Assembly: GCA_010356995.1 (NCBI GenBank)
Contig: ML996692.1
Span: 383,933-447,932, forward strand
Length of the DNA: 64,000 nt
Direction of reading: 5' to 3'
Source of the DNA: Trichodelitschia bisporula
Taxonomy: Eukaryota
Shown here: positions 34,855 through 47,678 of the stretch, piece by piece
Layout: the number at the start of each line of letters is the position of its first letter
Numbering within the stretch: position 1 is the stretch's first letter
Translations under genes and position numbers: made by a program
The notes under the pieces: generated by a model
What the model saw: only the letters and a program-made list of their open reading frames with translations
The model's database searches: none
Told to the model about the DNA's origin: nothing

Positions 34855-34860
34855 TTTATA
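34855..34860 (-). promoter_or_regulatory. TATA box of the U1 gene
   Basis: TATAAA on the minus strand about 45 nt upstream of the U1 5' end. Confidence 0.6.
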
Positions 34861-35557
34861 CCCCCTGAGTGATGGATAGAGGCTTGGCAGTCAGGTGGTT
34901 CGGGAAAACCTCTGAGTCAAGCTGGAGGATTTTCCGGGCCCTTAATGCCTGATGCCTGACTCCCGACTCCCGAATTCTCGTTTTCGTCTCGACTACCGCG
35001 CGGGGATTGTGCTATGGTGACACTGGCGACGTGGACAACGCAGTACAACTATTGTGTGTTGCTTTTAGCCTGCTCGAAGCAACTGTGTTATCGTCCCACA
35101 CTTCATCAGGCTGATTCTAAATTTAGCATTGTTGGCACGGTCCGGTAAGTTAGAATCCATTGGCAGGCGGTCCTGAAGTTCACGATTCAAAGGTTCAACT
35201 CCTCAAATGAATGAGAAGCACATCCTTTAGCACAGATTAAGGACAGTAATTCGAATCGAATCACATATCACAGGTCCAGTCAAGACAAATCATCATGTGA
35301 AAAGCAGTCCGATTGAGTATCATCAAATCAGCACATCGCCATTAACACCCCATCATCCATGCAGCCATTATGAGTATCTTCGCTAGGTTGTATTTCCATT
35401 TTGTCTCAACCCTTCAACGCAGACATGCAACGCATGTTTAACCCCCGAAGAAATAGACAGGAACGTCGCAAATCAATCCTCCCAACGATCATCCTTGGCA
35501 GACAAATCCTTCTGGAACCATCCACCACAAGCGATTGGGTTCATTCTGTGTCGCTCT

Positions 35558-35977
35558 TTACAACAGACCGGCAACCATGACGGCAGCACCGAAGACGGCA
35601 CCGGCGGGGACGGCAACATGCTGAGCAGCACCGCTGCTAGCAGAGGCGGCAGAGGCGGTCTTGCTGGCAACCGAAGCGGCGTTGGTGCTCGCGGCGCTGT
35701 TGGCGGAGGAGGCGACGCTGCCGGCGTGGCTGTTAAGGCTGCTGATCTTGGAGCTGATGCTGTCGGCGGCGCTGCCCGTAGCAGTGGCGGCAACAGACTG
35801 GGCGCTGCTGATGGACGAACCGATGTCGCTGAGAGCCGACGACTCCTTGCTGACGACCGAAGTCAAGACGCTCGAGCCCTGGCTGACGACCGACGAGATC
35901 ACGGAGGATGCCGACGACCCGACCTGCGCCGCAGCGAGGGAGGCGAAGAGAGCAACGAGGGGAGTGGAGAAACGCAT
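35558..35977 (-). CDS. Small secreted Ser/Ala-rich, probably GPI-anchored cell-wall protein
   Basis: Signal peptide MRFSTPLVALFASLAAA, Ser/Ala-rich body, SSGAA omega-like site and hydrophobic C-terminus; TATAAA upstream at ~36162-36167. Confidence 0.85.
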   Translation of the reverse strand: MRFSTPLVALFASLAAAQVGSSASSVISSVVSQGSSVLTSVVSKESSALSDIGSSISSAQSVAATATGSAADSISSKISSLNSHAGSVASSANSAASTNAASVASKTASAASASSGAAQHVAVPAGAVFGAAVMVAGLL

Positions 35978-38330
35978 TGTGAGGATTGGAGGTTGTGTGG
36001 TTGTTGCAAAGAGTGGGTGGTTGGAGGATTAGAGGTTGCAGGAGGACCGGTGAAGTTTTGCAGAGGGAGGATGTTGGTTTGCTTTCGGGTGAAGGTTGAA
36101 GAAGGCGGGTTGTGTGGATTGGTTTTAAGGAGCATCGAAGGTTCCGGCAGGCACCTGTGTCTTTATAATTCTGGCCTATGCATGGCGTCATAGTGTGAAC
36201 GGCCCACTCTCGTCAAACAAGGCAGTAACGACTCTCTCGCGCTTTCCCGCCCGTTACAACGGAGGAGCAAGTACCACCAGCTGCGCCCCAACCCCCAGGG
36301 AGGAGAGGGCGCATTGATCAATCCCTGGCCCGAATTGTCCCATCTTCTCCCATCTTGTGCCATCTTGTACCATTTTCAGCCACCGCCGCGGTCCGGGAGA
36401 GGTCAAAGGATGGATGCTCCCTTCCAAAAAGCAACTAGTATACCCTGCAACCGGCTGCTTCAGCCGTGGAACGAAGCAGAGAGCAACCAATTGTTCGCCT
36501 TCTCCAGCCCACTATCCCACTGATCCGGAGGTGTAAGCCCCACTCAGCTTCTTGCCACCCCAGTTCCTGCATTTGCATCGCCAGCCAAGAGAGGAGCTTC
36601 ATGGTGCGGCTGCAGGCTCCCGAACTCGCCAGCGGCAGCAGGAGCATCAGCCCCGCAAGCGGGAACAGCGCATCCCCCGCAGTGTGAGACGGCCTCACCC
36701 TCCCCCCCCCCGCCTCCATGCCCCAGCCAACCGGTCCACCCCAACGGCCCAAGCAACTTGCCCATGCAGCAATCCCTTCAGCCCCTCAACCCAAAAAACC
36801 AGAAAGCATGATGCGATTAGCCCCTTCTCGCTCGACGCAACCGCGGTGCCAGCCTTGCACGTTGGCCCTTCGACGTCGACCCTGGCACGGTGCCCCGGCT
36901 AGCCCGCCCCAGGCCAGCCAAGCCTCCTGGCGCGCATTCTGGAAACAAGGCCCGGAGACGGGCGGAGGCGCCACTGCCAAGTGCGCCCCGCCGCGAAGCC
37001 CGAGGCTTGTTTGATCAATCGACGTCATGGGCGGAATGTCAGCGGCGACATGGGGAAGCCACACTTTGTAATTCATTACCGTAAGCACTTCCTGGGGATG
37101 ATATTGTAAGGGCTGCTCGGATATTGCGAGGGCAATCCCTTGAGGGACGCGTGGCTGCTGCATGCCAGGTGCCGAGTTACGTAGCACAGGGCTGAGCGGC
37201 ACAAGGTTTCGTGTGACGGGGTTGCTGTGGCGAAGGTGCTGGGTGGGACAGCTCATGCCTCATTTTGTGTGGGGGAGAGGATGGCCGCGGGTGAAAGAGC
37301 CGCTTCTTCAAGCGCCGGCCTCGCTGGGGAGATAATGGTACTGGCTCATTACTGCTGTCCCTCAGTCCCAACGCGGGAGCCGAGCCTGATGCGAGAGCGA
37401 ATCAGTGTACCATCACCGCACCGCCATCTGGCCAGTTCCCTTCACCAGCAGCAGAACCTGCAGCACCCTTCCTCCGTTCAACCCTCTCTCCACTCCCTCC
37501 GCCACCGTAGCTGCCGCTGGACGAGTACGGTAGCACGTTACACGTCCAAGGTCTCAGACACCGCCGAGGCCGGCTCGCAGCTCCGCAGGTCGCAGCCTCG
37601 TAACTGCAAACCCGTATCCAATGCACCTTGCATCTGCAGCCTGCGGCTGCACTCCGCAATCCGTCCAATGTGTCCCGCGGCCCCACCTCCGAGACAGCAA
37701 AGCCAGCGTCACCGACGTTGGAGGCTAGCAGAGGGGGATCGAGATCACCCACGACGGGCGCTCCACTTACGTACGTGGGACGACAAACAGGCGCCCACGG
37801 ATGCTCAATGGATGCCGCTTAGGCGCTGTGGCATTTGGAAGCTTCCGTAGTCGCATTGTCTGGCTCGAAGCTCTCTCGTGGGTGCGGCAGGTTGGGGGGA
37901 AATGATACATAATGAATACATACAGTCTATGCCCAAGCACCCGCCCGTTGTTCCTGAACGCATGTAAGAAATCAAGCAAGGAAACATCAGACTTCGCCAC
38001 CCGCGATCCTCCTGCGTCCAACCGCTGTCTCCGTACCACATGGAGTGGGGAACACAGTACAAAGCGCACCCGCCCCTCGTCATGATCCGTCGGTTGCCCC
38101 GCAACAGTCAGTTTACAACACACAGCAACCGAGACACAAAATACACCACGGTCAAGCAAAGCAAAAGCTAAGTAAAGCTGCCAGGTTCATGCACTACTGA
38201 GCCCTTCAGGAATACATAGAGGCGCATTATTGCGCGGGAACATAATAAACCACCAAACAACGCTCCACGATAACCCTCGTTTGCCATGAACCCAGCATTG
38301 TGGCACCCTCCCGCTTACACTTTCCTCTCT

Positions 38331-40758
38331 CTACGCCAGATAGCCGAGCTCGTCGCCCTCGAGACGCTCCAGGTAGTCCTTTTCGAGCAGGATGTCGATA
38401 CACTTCTTGATGTCAGACACCTTGGGCGTGAAGCGGTTCTTGATCTGCTGGATCGTGTCGTTGACGAGCAGGGCGTGCTTGAGCTTCTTGCGCGACTTCA
38501 TGATGCGCACAATGGCCGACTGCACACTGTTAGCTACCCCGCCTCGCAAAACCATACGCAACAAGGGAAGGGGCTGAAAAACTCACCTGGATAAGCATCT
38601 TGCGGTCTTCCTCGATCGTCTTATGCGTATCCTCGACTTCCTGCTTAGACTCCGAGCGGACAGTGATGTTGAGGTTGATCTTGAGCTTCTTGGCCTTGAA
38701 GCCCAGGTTTAGCTTGTAGACCGTACCGCTCTCAGGCTTTGCGTTCTCCGGCTCGGCGAACAGCACGCGGGCCTTGACTAGTATGCCCAGCGACGGGTCC
38801 AGCGTCTCCTTGTTCAGCTTGGTTGCCGACGCCATCTCGTCGTACGTCACCGTGTCGGACTCGTTGAACAGCAGAAGCATAGCCATCTGGTACGTCGACA
38901 CCTGGAACGTGGGCGCAACGCGGGTGTTCTGGGCCCGCGCATAATTGGCACGCATTTCGCCCTTGCACAATTGCCACAGCCAGGAAAGCTTGCGTCCCTG
39001 GTGCTTGTTGTTGTAGAAGCTCGCGAACCGATCGGACGTCTTGGTGATAATCTGCGGCGGAGCAAAGGTCGTGGTCGGCGCGTTGAGCGGCCAGAAGCCG
39101 GTGCCGAGGATATGGTAGCTGGCGTCAACAGCGTTCTTGAGATCAGTCTCCTCCAAGTTGGTCGCGAGCCAGCCCTTGTAGGCCGAGTTTAGATCTTTGC
39201 TGATCTGGATGTCCTGGAACATGCGCTGCAGCTTGTTGGTGTACTCGAAGCCGCACGCCTCCTTGAGCTTCCCGATCATGCTTAACTCGGCGTCCTCCGA
39301 CGAGCTGGTGGTGTGCACCAAGCGCTTGGCTAACATGCGCGAGTAGAATTTCTGGAACACATCCTTGTCCTCAATGTACTTGAACACCGTCATGATATCG
39401 GCCTGGCACTTTTCCATGTCGTCCTCCTCCGACATCTTGGCCCCCGACTTCTTGAGCAGAGTATCCGTGTACTTGGCCAAGAGCTCAGGGCTCCGCGTTG
39501 ATCCAGATTTGCAGACCTTGTTGCGGTTGACGAATTCACGGCAGGCATTGTCCAGTGAGCGAACGAACTCGGAATCGCCGTTAAAAGCTGTGTTAACCAA
39601 AGCCTGGTATTGCGTATGAACCTCGAGCAGTGCATCGACATACACCTTGGGGTCAAGATTGTCGCCATCGGCAGCCACCTTCTCCACGGCAGAGAGACCG
39701 CACTTGCGTACGTGAGTCTCGAAGCGCGTGCGGAGTGGATCCAGGCCCTCTTTGATGCGGGAAAGCAGGCGATACATGCGAGCAAGGTCCTCCTGGCGGT
39801 CAGCGTCGAGCAGCACCTGGAACTCTTCGCGGAGGACAGCCGAGTGCTCCGTGATGAGCACGCTCTCACAAGCTTCAGCAAGCGGCGTGACAATCTCAGG
39901 CAGAAGGTAGAGAAGAGCGCGCGATTTCTCCTCCTCTAGCCTAGTCTCAGCCTTCTTCATGTACTCCACCACAGTGTTGTCGGCGAGAAACTGCTTCGAT
40001 TCCCGGGAGTAGTACTCAGATGTGGCCGCGAGGAAGGGTTTCTCGAAGTAGTCCTTGTAGACCTCGAGGGTCGGCTTGCGGCTGTCTGACTCGTCCAGCC
40101 CGAGGCAGACGAAAGATTGCACCACCGCCTTCACTTGCATGTTCTCCACTGTCTCCCCGTTGCGCTCCTTCTCTACAAGCCGTAGGCAGGCGTTCATGAT
40201 GCTGTCGTGTGTTGAGGCGAACATGTCTAGCTTCCACCGGACCAAGTGCAACGTGTAGATGTCGTAGACATTTTTCTTACCCTCATCCACCTCGCGCTTC
40301 ACCCAGTGCCGGTTCAAGTAATGGAATAGGTTATTGATGTAACGTGCCGCTGTCGTGTATCTATCCCACTCCTTGATGTAGAAGGCGATGAGCGCCTCAT
40401 TGGTGTGGGTTTGGGATTTCTGGTTGACGCCGTCCAAATGAGCCTGCAGGTAGTTGATGAGATGCTGGTAAAGATCCTCCCCAAGCAGATGCGCTGTGGA
40501 ACTACTGGTTAGTTCGGAAATGAAGCAGGTACGAGAAGACTGACCGCCACCTTTGGTGCCGTTGCTTTGAAATGTGCCAGTACTCGGGACCTTCTGCGCT
40601 GTGCAGAAGTTGTGGATGGCCGAGTACAGTCCCAAGTACGTCTTGCTGTCCATACCCTCTGACAGCTGTGTCATGATGCGATCGACGCCGATTTCGAGGA
40701 ACTCCCACGTTGCGACGGGGTCGTCCTTGTTCGGCATCTTAGGCATGGGAGCGGGCAT
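38331..40758 (-). CDS. CUL1: Cullin-1 (SCF scaffold)
   Basis: [34 protein letters not shown]; last exon [11 protein letters not shown] (neddylation motif); introns ~40496-40544 and ~38522-38587. Confidence 0.96.
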
Positions 40759-41440
40759 GGCAGATGTGGTTGCCGTGCTGCGCGCACGGAAAGCGTTGGA
40801 TGTATCCTTTGACGGTCAAGGTTTGACGCAGTTCGACCGTCGGGTTTGCCTGGTCCTGGAGTCGTGAACGCGTGGCTTAGGGTGAGGTGGGAGTGGGGAT
40901 GGCGGAGCAGGCGGAGTCGATCCCTAGAAAAGGGCAGGCAGCGGGGAGTGAAACTGGAAACGGGGAGGAGTGGACGGTGTAGGTGGTGAAGTAGAAGAGA
41001 GAGACGAAAGGTAAAGCAGTGCGTTGTCGGAAGAGCTCAGTGACTGATCACACCTGTAGTGCCGCTGCCTGTCTCGTGGACCGTGTTGAGGTTGGCCGCT
41101 GACGCCTTGGTCTTGGCCTGAGGCGCTGATTTGGAGCCACTATCTTTTGGTCACCGCCAGCACAAATGAGAGTCAGGCGGTCTGGCCCACCGCGAAATCA
41201 CCAAACTTATTGGAAAAGCACAGCACATTGGATGACAGACATGAGCTTTCTGTCGGTTTCCATATTGCAGATGCCTATTTGTGACTTCTAGCTACCTAAT
41301 CTAGTGCGTACCGTACGTATGAGCATAATAGCATCAGTCCGGAGACCTGAACCACAAAACTGTTCCCTCAAGGCTCCCTCAGGTGACCTCTATATCGAAA
41401 CAAACCAAGGTACCAACGGCGCCGCAACTGCTCCTGGGCG

Positions 41441-44400
41441 TTACCTAGGCCGCGAACCCGGCCGGCTCGCAATACTCGGCCTCGAGTCCGGTCGTCCCCC
41501 TTCACCTGCCCGAGTGTTCATACGCGTCCGTTTGAAGCATACAAACTCGACCTTCGTCGACTCTCTGAGCCGCCTAAGCGTCGAGCGCATCTCCTGCAAC
41601 TCATCCTGCAGCCGAAGTCGCGCCTCGTTGTCTGTCCGCTGATCCAGCGACACGTAAATTGCATTCTGGATCTCACCAGCGCGTTCCGTAGTATAGTTAT
41701 TCATCGTTTGTGCGATGAACTCTACGTCCAGCGTCGCCTGTACCAAGGCTGACAGTGTGAAACGCGGCTTGGTCTTGAAGCAGACCATGAGTGTCCCGCT
41801 GAGAGCCTCAAGCAGGTGCTTGAGTATGGGAGCCGTGAGAGGTGCGGCTGTTGTGCTGACTTCCGAGTGTGTCAAGACGAGCGAAAGCAGGACCTTGTAG
41901 ACGTAGGGCCTGGCATCCGTCGGACGAGTGTTGTCTGGCTCCCATGACGGAGCGTTGATTCCATCGCGAATGATCTTATCAAGACGTGATGAAATGGGTT
42001 GCACGTATGACGTAAAAAGGCGCGAATCGATCTGGGAGAGCACGTCACGGATCGTGGCGGTCTCGTCTGTAAGCTTTACGCTGAAGAATGTCTCGAATTG
42101 GCCGACGAGGTGAGGGACAACGTCGTTACGAAGGGATTGGATATTGCTGAGGGTGAGCAAGATGCGTATGTTCTGGACACGTTAGTTATAGGCATCACTG
42201 AAAGCAGCGAAAGCTTTACCCGGTCCTGCGCATCCCAAGTGCCTCGTTTCCCATCCGCGTTTTCCTCGGCATCAACAGGCACGGCAAGGCCGTCCTCGCC
42301 ATCCCAGCTGTCGTCCATCATCTTCTCTTGTTCCGCAATCTCCACCATACCACTGAGCGCCTTGTAGATGCTTGCGGCGAACTGGTTCCGCACCGACTGC
42401 AGAACCTTGCCAGAAGGAGGAACCACGACTTCAGGAGCATCAGGCCTTTTCGTGGCTTCGGATAGGTACAGCAGCTTTTGCAGGTTAACCAGGAGGAAGG
42501 ACTCGACATGCAAGAATCTCTTCGGCATATTTGTCAGATCATGCCTGTCTGGAGCTTGCGTCCAGTCTTCCAGCACTTTGCAATTTTCCGCATCATGGTT
42601 CCACGCCGCACAAGCTGCCGATACACAGCGCTCTCGAACAGTGCCGACCATAAACTTGAGAGTATCGATAGAGCGTGCGCCGTCCTTCATGAAACTGATG
42701 TTCGCCATTTCGCTCGCCGCATTACCAACTAGCAGTAATATCTTAGCAAGATAATGGGCTCCACTAAGAGAATCGGCATACGGCGGCCAGAAGGCAAACT
42801 TTTCCCACGACTCCCCGGTGCGTGGTGAGGGAGGCGGTACGTTAGCCGGGTCGAACTTAAAGCGTGAGTCCACGAAGGGAGATAAGGTGGCAGACTTTGG
42901 CGTATGGGGAGTCCTCGGCGTGTCAGGTGTTGGAGGAATTGGGGAGAAGAGCAGAGATATGTCCTCGACGGGAGGATCCGAAAAGAACGATACAAGTTCC
43001 TCTCGTATGATCTTGATCAGTTCCTGTGCTCCGTTCGACAGATCCTTCACTCCGTCCATGGACAAGCGATGGTGCTTCCGGCTCGCGCCGTCTATGCCGA
43101 TTGGTAAGGTCTTTTGCGCACGACCTTCGATGAACGACTGCACCGTTTCCCAAAACTCGATCACCTCTCCAAGGACACCGCCCTGCGTAGACAAGAGGGT
43201 TGTGAGACATGTGTAGATGTGGTCCCAGGTTTCGATGACTTGGGGAGAGTCGAATCTCGAATTTGAACTACCATCGGGCGTTGCTGCTCGCAAATATGTT
43301 GCTAGCTGCCGTCCAGTAGGTTTGCCGGAGTTAGCGAGACGTCTTCGAAGGATCTCAATCTCTACCCGTGAGCGCTCAAACGTCGTGGTGATCTTGGACT
43401 TGAGAAAGTCGTATCGGCTAAGCAGCCAAACCCAGATGGGATTGTCTTCCACTCCAAGCTCGAGTAGCACACTGATGAGCTCCATGTGCTCCTCCGACTT
43501 GTTCGTTTCGGAAGCAGGGTGCTTAGAGAAGTGGGTTCCGGCCAGCTTCCGCCATACTTCCCGCTTAAAGTCACTGACCTGCTTCTCAACATCTGCCCAC
43601 ATACGAGCGGTGACGATGACCTGGTTCACTTCCTGGTCCGTCAACGGTATCCTGTTTTCCACGGACGTTTCCACAATGCTTCGAGCGTCGTCGGCGGCTT
43701 TTCGAGTTCTGATGTATTCCTCAACGAGCGCCTCATTGTCCCTGCGCTTGATGCATTCGCTGATGGAAGATCCGAGTTCGAAGAGACTTCTATGCTTCTC
43801 CATGCACGAAATGACCGCCTTGAGGCTATCTTCCTTCTCTCTTCCTCCTAGCGCCGGCCCCCAGACCTCCTCTGCCTTGACGGCGACTTCAGTGAGGGGT
43901 ACTTTGATCGGCAGAACGCCGTATTCCATCTCCTTGATCAAGGCGTTTTTCCGCTTGTCGTTTGGTAAAGGCTTGTCACCAAGAGAAGGGAGAGCCATGC
44001 TCATTCGCTTGAACTGCCCACTGTTCTTGCTCTGGTGTCTTCCTTGCGATCTGCGCTGCCCAGGCTGAGCGTCCGACTCCAGGCCTTGGTTGCGCATCTC
44101 ATTGTAGACATTGTCGATAGTGGCTTTGGCGCGAACGAAGCGCTCAAAGTTGGACTCGACTAGCACTTTGAGGGATGCTGACTTCTTCTCGATAGACCGA
44201 GAAAGAAAGTCAAGTCCTGCCAGCAGGGAATCGGTGGAGTCTCCGTTGTGAACTTGTGCAAGGAACAGTGAAGGTGAGAAAGTTGTGGAGGAGAGCAAGA
44301 AGCGATTGCCTGCAACGCGTCAGTTTTCGTATGCACACGTGTAGTTTCATGAAGCATACGGAGCTTGGAGTCCTCCTCAATAGGCAGGCCGCGCTGGCGC

Positions 44401-44672
44401 AGTATCTGGATCACGCTCTGGGGACCACCAAGGGGGTCGGGTTCGTCCTTTTGCACCAGATTCTCCACGCCATCCTTGGTCCTCTCTGCGCCAGGAATGC
44501 TCGAGCGGTAGCTGGCATTGCGATCAAGGACGGAGAACCGCGACTTGCGCTTCGTGATTCGGGCAGGCTCCTGCTCGTCTTCAGAGCTGTCATCATGGTC
44601 CTTTCCGGCAGGCCATTCGGCAGGGAAGAGAGTGTCGATTTTGTAGTGATTGAGCAAGGTGCTCTCGATCAT
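41441..44672 (-). CDS. SEC5: Exocyst component Sec5
   Basis: LLSSTTFSPSLFLAQVH, LKVLVESNFERFVRAKATIDNVY, LLTLSN, QATLDVEFIAQT; two introns. Confidence 0.93.
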
Positions 44673-45448
44673 GGTGAGTAGGAGTACGGTGTTATGAAGG
44701 ACGGTGTGGCTTATGTAGACTCCCCGCACTTGTCAACAGATCAATGTGCTACCTCCCGGGTGCTCCACAGTTCGATGCTCAACGGTCAACGGTCAATGTT
44801 GGCTCGTGCTTAGGACACGCCCGGCGCTTGGCAACCGAGTACTACACACTACGTACCAACGTACGAAGTACAGTCTACAAGATGCCACACCTTTGGCTAC
44901 GCCGTTTTCGTCTGGCAAAGAGTGGGGGCTTGGGACTCGTCACTGTATAAAAACTTGGTGGAGTGAGAGGAGTAACTTTGTGTGCCTTGCCCTTGCGTCG
45001 CTCTGAACCTCAGCCGGCGGGGCAGCGGGAAGTCGAGTTGGTGAGGACGTGGAGTGAGGGGAAGGCAAGGCTTTAATTCCCGCAAAGAACAAGAAGCAGA
45101 ATCCAAGAAGTGTTTGCTGTTTGGATTTCCACTCCATATCAAAAGCACCCAGTGCTAGTTACGACCATTTTGCTTCGTGTTGTTCCCTCTTGGTTCTGCC
45201 CTCACAGAATTCCAGTGCTCAAAACAAGCCTATCACAGGCCCGCCGCCCTGCCCTCCCGCCGCAGCTCCACCTTGCTTTTGCGCTGCCATCCACCCGACT
45301 TATCGAAGCTCTGTGGAGTGAACGGAAATCCCACCACCACCACCACCACCAACCCACCAACAACCCCTCACGTCTCACAATTCTTACTCCTCGAGCGCTG
45401 AACTCACTTTCACACACCTAATTGGTGCCATACAACACCCCCTTCGCC

Positions 45449-46821
45449 ATGCTCAGCACTCGTTCCCTCCACGCGCCGGCACGCCAATGCCTCCGCCAAC
45501 TCAAAACCCCGCACCGCTTCGCGCCCGCTTGCCAGGTACCTATGATTCTTTGCCAGTACACTTGAAACTCTGGCTAACTTGCGCTCACAGCAGGCGCGCT
45601 ACCTCCAAACCACACCTGAGTCCGAGAAAATTGCTCGCTTCAAGGGTACCAAGGGCAGCGATGTACGCCCCCACGCTTTGAGATAGGAACGAAAATAGGA
45701 TGGAGGGCTAATCAGACCTCCAACAGGGCAAATACACAGTCACGCTTATTGAGGGTGACGGCATTGGACCTGAAATATCCAAGTCGGTTAAGGAAATCTT
45801 CGCCGCTGCTGGTGTACGTTTCTCAGCCCCGCCCGCTTCCGTGCTAACCTTTGCAGGCACCTATCAAGTGGGAACCTGTTGATGTCACGCCGACCCTTAA
45901 GGATGGCCGCACTGTCATTCCCGACGATGCCATTGCCAGCGTAACCCGCAACTATGTCGCGCTCAAGGGTCCCCTGGCTACCCCCATTGGCAAGGGCCAT
46001 GTGTCGCTGAACCTGACGCTGCGTCGCACCTTCAACCTGTTTGCCAACGTCCGGCCCTGCAAGTCCATTGTCGGCTTCAAGACGCCGTACGACAATGTCA
46101 ACACCGTGCTCATCCGTGAGAACACCGAGGGCGAGTACAGTGGCATCGAGCACGTTGTCGTCGACGGCGTCGTGCAGAGCATTAAGCTCATCACCCGCGA
46201 GGCATCGGAGCGCGTTCTGCGCTTTGCCTTCCAGTATGCGCGCGAGGTGGGCCGGAGCAAGGTGCGGGCGGTGCATAAGGCGACCATCATGAAGATGAGC
46301 GACGGTCTGTTCCTCAGCACAGCGCGCAACGTGGCCAAGGAATACCCCGATATCGAGTTCGACGCTGAGCTGCTTGACAACACCTGTCTGAAGATGGTGA
46401 CGGACCCGACGCCCTACAACGACAAGGTGCTCGTCATGCCCAACCTGTACGGCGACATTCTTTCCGACATGTGCGCTGGTCTGATCGGCGGACTGGGTCT
46501 GACGCCGTCGGGCAACATTGGCGACGAGTGCAGTATCTTCGAGGCCGTTCACGGAAGCGCCCCCGATATCGCGGGCAAGGCCCTTGCCAACCCCACGGCG
46601 CTCCTGCTCAGCAGCATCATGATGCTGCAGCACATGGGACTGAACAGCTATGCTGACCGGATCCAAGCAGCCATCTTCAAGGTTCTGGCTGAGGGAAAGG
46701 TGAGCTTCTTCGGATTTTGGGATTGGAGCAAACGGCTAATGTATCACAGACCATCACAGGCGATCTGGGCGGCAAGGCGAAGACGCACGAGTATGCTAAT
46801 GCGGTCATCAAGGCGTTGTAA
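45449..46821 (+). CDS. IDH2: NAD-dependent isocitrate dehydrogenase subunit 2, mitochondrial
   Basis: [73 protein letters not shown]; several short 5' exons. Confidence 0.95.
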
Positions 46822-46974
46822 GCGGTACATGAGTGGGTTGGATCTGTGGACGGTCATATGAGTTTTCGGGTTTATAGAGAGCTCTAATGACGACATGCGA
46901 ACGGTTTGGCTTCGAAGGTTGTGCATATCGGTGTACCATAAGGAGGGGAATGAAGAGTTGACGCGACCTTTATG

Positions 46975-47009
46975 TACTGCTGCTGCTACTGCTGCTACTG
47001 CTGCTACTG
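46975..47009 (+). repeat. (CTG/CTA)n microsatellite
   Basis: tactgctgctgctactgctgctactgctgctactg downstream of IDH2. Confidence 0.8.
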
Positions 47010-47678
47010 AAGTCATGATAAAACCTCAATGGGTAATTTCCCCAGCATTGATATATCGACCGTTTCCGCCGTTAGGTTTGCAGCATTTTAGATGCCAAAG
47101 GCCACGCCAAATGACAACGGCGAATAACATGTGCATCAATCCCAAGCCACACGCAACGCGGAATTAAACCGCCCAACCGCGCAAGCGTCCCGGTAGCGGT
47201 ATGCGGCACCTGAACGGGAATAACCGACGGGCAGTGCGGTGGCAAGGCCTTCAATTAGCCTACGAACGAATGCAGAGCGTGGGCGTAATCCCGATGGTGA
47301 CCGAAGGGTGCCATAGGAGCCTCTCCTAACGAGCAACAGGAGAATGCAAGGACATCCCCGCGCCCCTCCTCTTATCGGGTAGGCCTTCGGTCGTGCTCTC
47401 CTGGTCGGGGCCCGGTGAGAGCAGAATGGAGGGACAGATGCGGAGAAGCCTGTAAGCTGCAGGCGGGCCGAGCGCAACCCCACATCTTTTGTGGGGACTA
47501 CCTTAGCTCTGCAGAGTATAAGGTTGGGGAGCTCCTGCGTGCTGCGATTACTTGGACTTTTGCTCACAGGTTCAAAGTACGTCTTTCCATCTGAGGACGG
47601 GGCGTGTGGAGTGTTGAAGCCCATTCAATTGCGGTGTATATCGGGCACGTCGAGAGAGATACAGAGACAGTAGACAAA

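Noticed and set aside
36200..38300. 2-kb intergenic region with many short ORFs
   Set aside because: No ORF has coding-like character or splice logic, and no RNA-gene motif was recognised; probably regulatory DNA and UTR.
47195..47235. Possible TPP riboswitch upstream of the TPP enzyme (ACCTGA..GG.AATAACC)
   Set aside because: The essential CUGAGA motif and the P1-P3 arrangement are absent; the resemblance is superficial.
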